A program made the translations under genes and the position numbers. Positions 32,024 through 35,033 of a stretch of 35,033 bases of DNA are shown piece after piece; the first letter of the stretch is position 1, and each line of letters starts with the position of its first letter. The notes under the pieces are model-generated. The model worked only from the letters and a program-made list of their open reading frames with translations. It did no database searches and had not been told where the DNA came from. Location: NCBI GenBank assembly GCA_003614675.1, contig ML002384.1, forward strand, positions 1-35,033, written 5' to 3'. Source of the stretch: Dimargaris cristalligena. Taxonomy: Eukaryota.

Positions 32024-35000
32024 ATGGGCGTCTGGGACCGCTTCAGGAGCAAATGGCGGGAGTCGAAGCCGTCCAGTCCCACCAGCGATGATGCCGTGGC
32101 TGACGGCGACTCCCCCGGCTCATTCCCCACCGTGACCCGTGTTTCGTCCAAATTAGAGGGCGCCGGCGAACGCTCCGTATATATCAATCTTCCCCTGCCC
32201 GAGGGCGAGTGCGACGAACATGGCCAACCCAAGCACGCCTTCATTCCCAATCGGATTCGCACCTCCAAATACACCATCGCCACCTTTATTCCCCGCAATT
32301 TATTCGAACAGTTCCGCCGCGTCGCCAATATTTACTTCTTGGCCACCGCCGTTCTACAGCTCATTCCCGTTTTCGGTATTGACAACCCCGGCCTGGCCGT
32401 ACTCCCCATTTCCGTGGTCCTCTTCATCACCGCCTGTAAGGACGCTTTTGAAGACTACCGCCGCCATATTTCGGACAACGAATTCAATCACACCCGGACC
32501 ACCCGCCTCATCAACTGGGATAACCGCAATTTCGGCAACACCAATACCCGCCACCACCACTTCATCGTTGTCATGGGCAAATTCCTAACCTTCTTTGGCC
32601 TGGGCTTCCTCGCTCCCTCGCTGCCGGTGCGCATCGATCATGAAGCCGTGTATGCCCGGCGCGCTTCGTTGTTCCCAACCACCATGGCCAGCCTAAGGTC
32701 ACTGAGCCCCTTCCACCCCCACCTTCGCCACTCCGAGGACCAGCGGGATACCTCCCTCGAACTTTATTCCCTCTCCCAGGCCAGCGACCCGGATCATACC
32801 ACCAGCCCCACCGTAGGCCGACGGCCTTCCCATGCAACAATGTCGGCCGGTCGGAATCAATCCACCAACCACCCCTACGGCCGTCGCTCCCACTCATTTG
32901 CCAACTCACGTTTGTCTGTGTCCGGGCGCATCCGTCCCAAGTTCGCCGAAAGCGTCTGGGAGGAGCTTTACGTGGGCGATATCATCCTTCTCCGTAACCA
33001 CGACCCCGTCCCAGCCGACATGATTCTGCTTAGCACCAGCGAAGACGACGGTACCTGCTACATTGAAACCAAAAATCTGGACGGCGAGACCAACCTGAAG
33101 ACCCGGACCTGCGTCGCCGACACCTCCAAAGTACAGACCGCCGCTGATTGTGCCCGTCTCCGCGCCATCATCAAATCGGACCCCCCCAGTTCCAACCTCA
33201 GTTCCCATTTTGCCACCATGACCCTCATGACGGATTCGCTGCCCTCGACTGATCCCACCCATATCCCCCCCGGACACCCGCTCACCCAGGATGGCCCCCA
33301 AAAGGTAATCCCCATCACCATGAACAACATGCTGCTTCGGGGCTGTGTGCTCCGCAATACCGACTTCGCCATCGGGGTCATCCTATTTACCGGTCCCGAG
33401 TCCAAAATCATGCTCAACTCCGGCGACACCCCGTCCAAGCGCAGTCGCATCGAGCGCTTGATTAACTACCAGGTGATTACCAACTTCATCCTCCTTATCA
33501 TCATGTGTCTGCTGCTGGCCATGGGCTCCGCCCTCATGTGGCGGCACTGGGAAGATGTTGATGTGCCCTGGATATCCGAGACCGAATCCATAGGCGGTAC
33601 CTACGTGCTGACTTTTTGGCAATCCTTGATTCTGCTCCAGAACTGGATTCCAATTTCCCTCTACGTCAGTATCGAAATGGTCAAAACCTGCCAGGCCTAC
33701 TTTATGTACCAGGATCTCCAGATGTACTATCCTCCCACCGACCGGGCCTGTATTCCCCGCACTTGGAACATCTCCGATGATCTGGGCCAGGTTCAGTACG
33801 TATTTTCCGACAAGACCGGTACCTTGACCCGTAACGTGATGGAGTTCCGCAAGTGCACCATTAACGGCCATATCTACGGTAAACAACTCCCCGGCGACGA
33901 ACTCGATGTGGAAAAGGGACAGGCCCATATTTACGAGCAGGACGTAGAAGGTCAGGCCCTCGTGGAAAAGGACGCCCGTAATTTCAAGGGGTTCCTCGAC
34001 GATTCCGTCTCACCCTCGGTGTCTTACCATTCGCTCGCTCTGAGCGACGCATCCGATACCGAGAGTCCCCATTCCCCCATCCACCCCATCACTACCGCAG
34101 GGCAGACGGCCGCCATTGGCAGCCATACTTTCACGGATGACGTCCATATGAGCGAGAAACTCCGGGGGGGTGGCCCCAAGCCCGGCTTCTCAGCCGTTCC
34201 ACCATCCGCCGGCGGGATTCATGATTTGGCCCATTCCGAAGAGATTCGGCGCCAGCGGGTACTCCAAGAGTATCTAGGGGCGATGCAAACAGTGTTCGAA
34301 CCCAAATACATTGATCTCGACCCGGATACTAGCGATGCCTTTTCCTGTGTAGACCCTGAGTTATTCCGCGACCTGGCGTATTTACCCCGCGATAAGAGCC
34401 CCTCCTATCCCGGTAATGCCTCCCAGCCCCGTACCCAGCAGGCCGACCGCATCCTAAATTTTTTCAGTTTGCTGGCCATTTGTCATACCGCATTGGTCGA
34501 AAAGGCCCAGCGGCTCCAGGAAGATATTGAACGGGAGCGTGGTGAGTTAACCGACGAAGAGGACGAGGACGAGGATGGCACCGGGGACCACTTGAATTAT
34601 CCGAGTGACGAATCCAAGTTAACCCCCTCGTCGCGGGCTGACCCCTTTGGCGACCACGACGACCAGGCCACCCCCGTGCACCGCAGTGGGGCCCCGTCCC
34701 CATCCATTCCCCAGCGGGCCCACCTATCCGGCTGGAGTGCCAGGGGGTTCGCCAATGACCCTACCCTAGTGCGGTCAGCCGTGCGGGATAGTGATATTAC
34801 CCACATTGACTCCTCCCGGCCCCAGTCGGCCGTCCAAATCCACCAGCAGCTGCTGGGTGCGGGAGACAATGGTCGCCCCTCCACCATGTACGACCGGGAT
34901 GACGAGCACCCCGTGGCAAATGGGCTCTATCGAAGCCCCTTGGCGGCATCCGGTAGCGGCGACAAAGGTACTTCGACGCCCGCTCTAGCCGGTAGCACAG

Positions 35001-35033
35001 CCCCCCATTCCATCTCCTCCAGTCCCCACTCCC
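32024..35033 (+). CDS. P4-type ATPase phospholipid flippase (Dnf1/Dnf2-like), 5' part; truncated by window end
   Basis: Frame from ATG 32024 (MGVWDRFRSKW) with no stop seen before the edge, so absent from the ORF track. Motifs NRIRTSKYT..PRNLFEQFRRVANIYFL, KDAFEDYRR, PADMILLSTS, NLDGETNLK (about 33074), LLRGCVLRNT, IPISLYVSIE, SDDLGQVQYVFSDKTGTLTRNVMEF (DKTGT at about 33809), LLAICHT. Confidence 0.96.
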   Translation, partial: MGVWDRFRSKWRESKPSSPTSDDAVADGDSPGSFPTVTRVSSKLEGAGERSVYINLPLPEGECDEHGQPKHAFIPNRIRTSKYTIATFIPRNLFEQFRRVANIYFLATAVLQLIPVFGIDNPGLAVLPISVVLFITACKDAFEDYRRHISDNEFNHTRTTRLINWDNRNFGNTNTRHHHFIVVMGKFLTFFGLGFLAPSLPVRIDHEAVYARRASLFPTTMASLRSLSPFHPHLRHSEDQRDTSLELYSLSQASDPDHTTSPTVGRRPSHATMSAGRNQSTNHPYGRRSHSFANSRLSVSGRIRPKFAESVWEELYVGDIILLRNHDPVPADMILLSTSEDDGTCYIETKNLDGETNLKTRTCVADTSKVQTAADCARLRAIIKSDPPSSNLSSHFATMTLMTDSLPSTDPTHIPPGHPLTQDGPQKVIPITMNNMLLRGCVLRNTDFAIGVILFTGPESKIMLNSGDTPSKRSRIERLINYQVITNFILLIIMCLLLAMGSALMWRHWEDVDVPWISETESIGGTYVLTFWQSLILLQNWIPISLYVSIEMVKTCQAYFMYQDLQMYYPPTDRACIPRTWNISDDLGQVQYVFSDKTGTLTRNVMEFRKCTINGHIYGKQLPGDELDVEKGQAHIYEQDVEGQALVEKDARNFKGFLDDSVSPSVSYHSLALSDASDTESPHSPIHPITTAGQTAAIGSHTFTDDVHMSEKLRGGGPKPGFSAVPPSAGGIHDLAHSEEIRRQRVLQEYLGAMQTVFEPKYIDLDPDTSDAFSCVDPELFRDLAYLPRDKSPSYPGNASQPRTQQADRILNFFSLLAICHTALVEKAQRLQEDIERERGELTDEEDEDEDGTGDHLNYPSDESKLTPSSRADPFGDHDDQATPVHRSGAPSPSIPQRAHLSGWSARGFANDPTLVRSAVRDSDITHIDSSRPQSAVQIHQQLLGAGDNGRPSTMYDRDDEHPVANGLYRSPLAASGSGDKGTSTPALAGSTAPHSISSSPHS

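Noticed and set aside
1..35033. Transposon, CRISPR, secondary-metabolite cluster, TPP riboswitch or U12 intron
   Set aside because: No transposase/RT motifs, repeat-spacer arrays, backbone enzymes or TPP aptamer motifs seen; all modelled introns are ordinary GT-AG.

Overview
A 35 kb window of an intron-containing fungal nuclear chromosome. Evidence: GT-AG introns of roughly 110-430 nt with CTAAC branch points, and a RAX1 gene. Retention of animal/plant-like TTC36, cyclin Q, canonical BLOS1 and an SCI1-like gene suggests an early-diverging lineage such as Zoopagomycota or Mucoromycota (inference). It holds one tRNA-Ile(AAU) and 13 protein genes. Most are split across exons and only partly seen by the ORF track; I reassembled them by hand with phase-consistent splicing. 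In order: SCI1-like (-), TTC36 (+), equilibrative nucleoside transporter (-), 9-exon shugoshin (+), BLOC1S1 (+), MRPL44/mL53 (-), RAX1 (-), HPP-family membrane protein (-), an uncharacterised protein with repeated acidic YWxQY motifs (+), CIA1 (-), cyclin Q/FAM58-like (+), NUDX14-like Nudix hydrolase (-), and the 5' part of a Dnf1-like P4-ATPase that runs off the right edge. Several microsatellites lie in the intergenic regions. I found no mobile element, CRISPR array or convincing novel multi-gene system; the neighbourhood looks like unrelated housekeeping genes. The best leads are the uncharacterised protein, a cluster of five PacC/Rim101-type GCCARG sites with a long hairpin upstream of the flippase, the flippase substrate-gate residues, a fungal cyclin Q with two possible last exons, and a Nudix gene with two in-frame starts.
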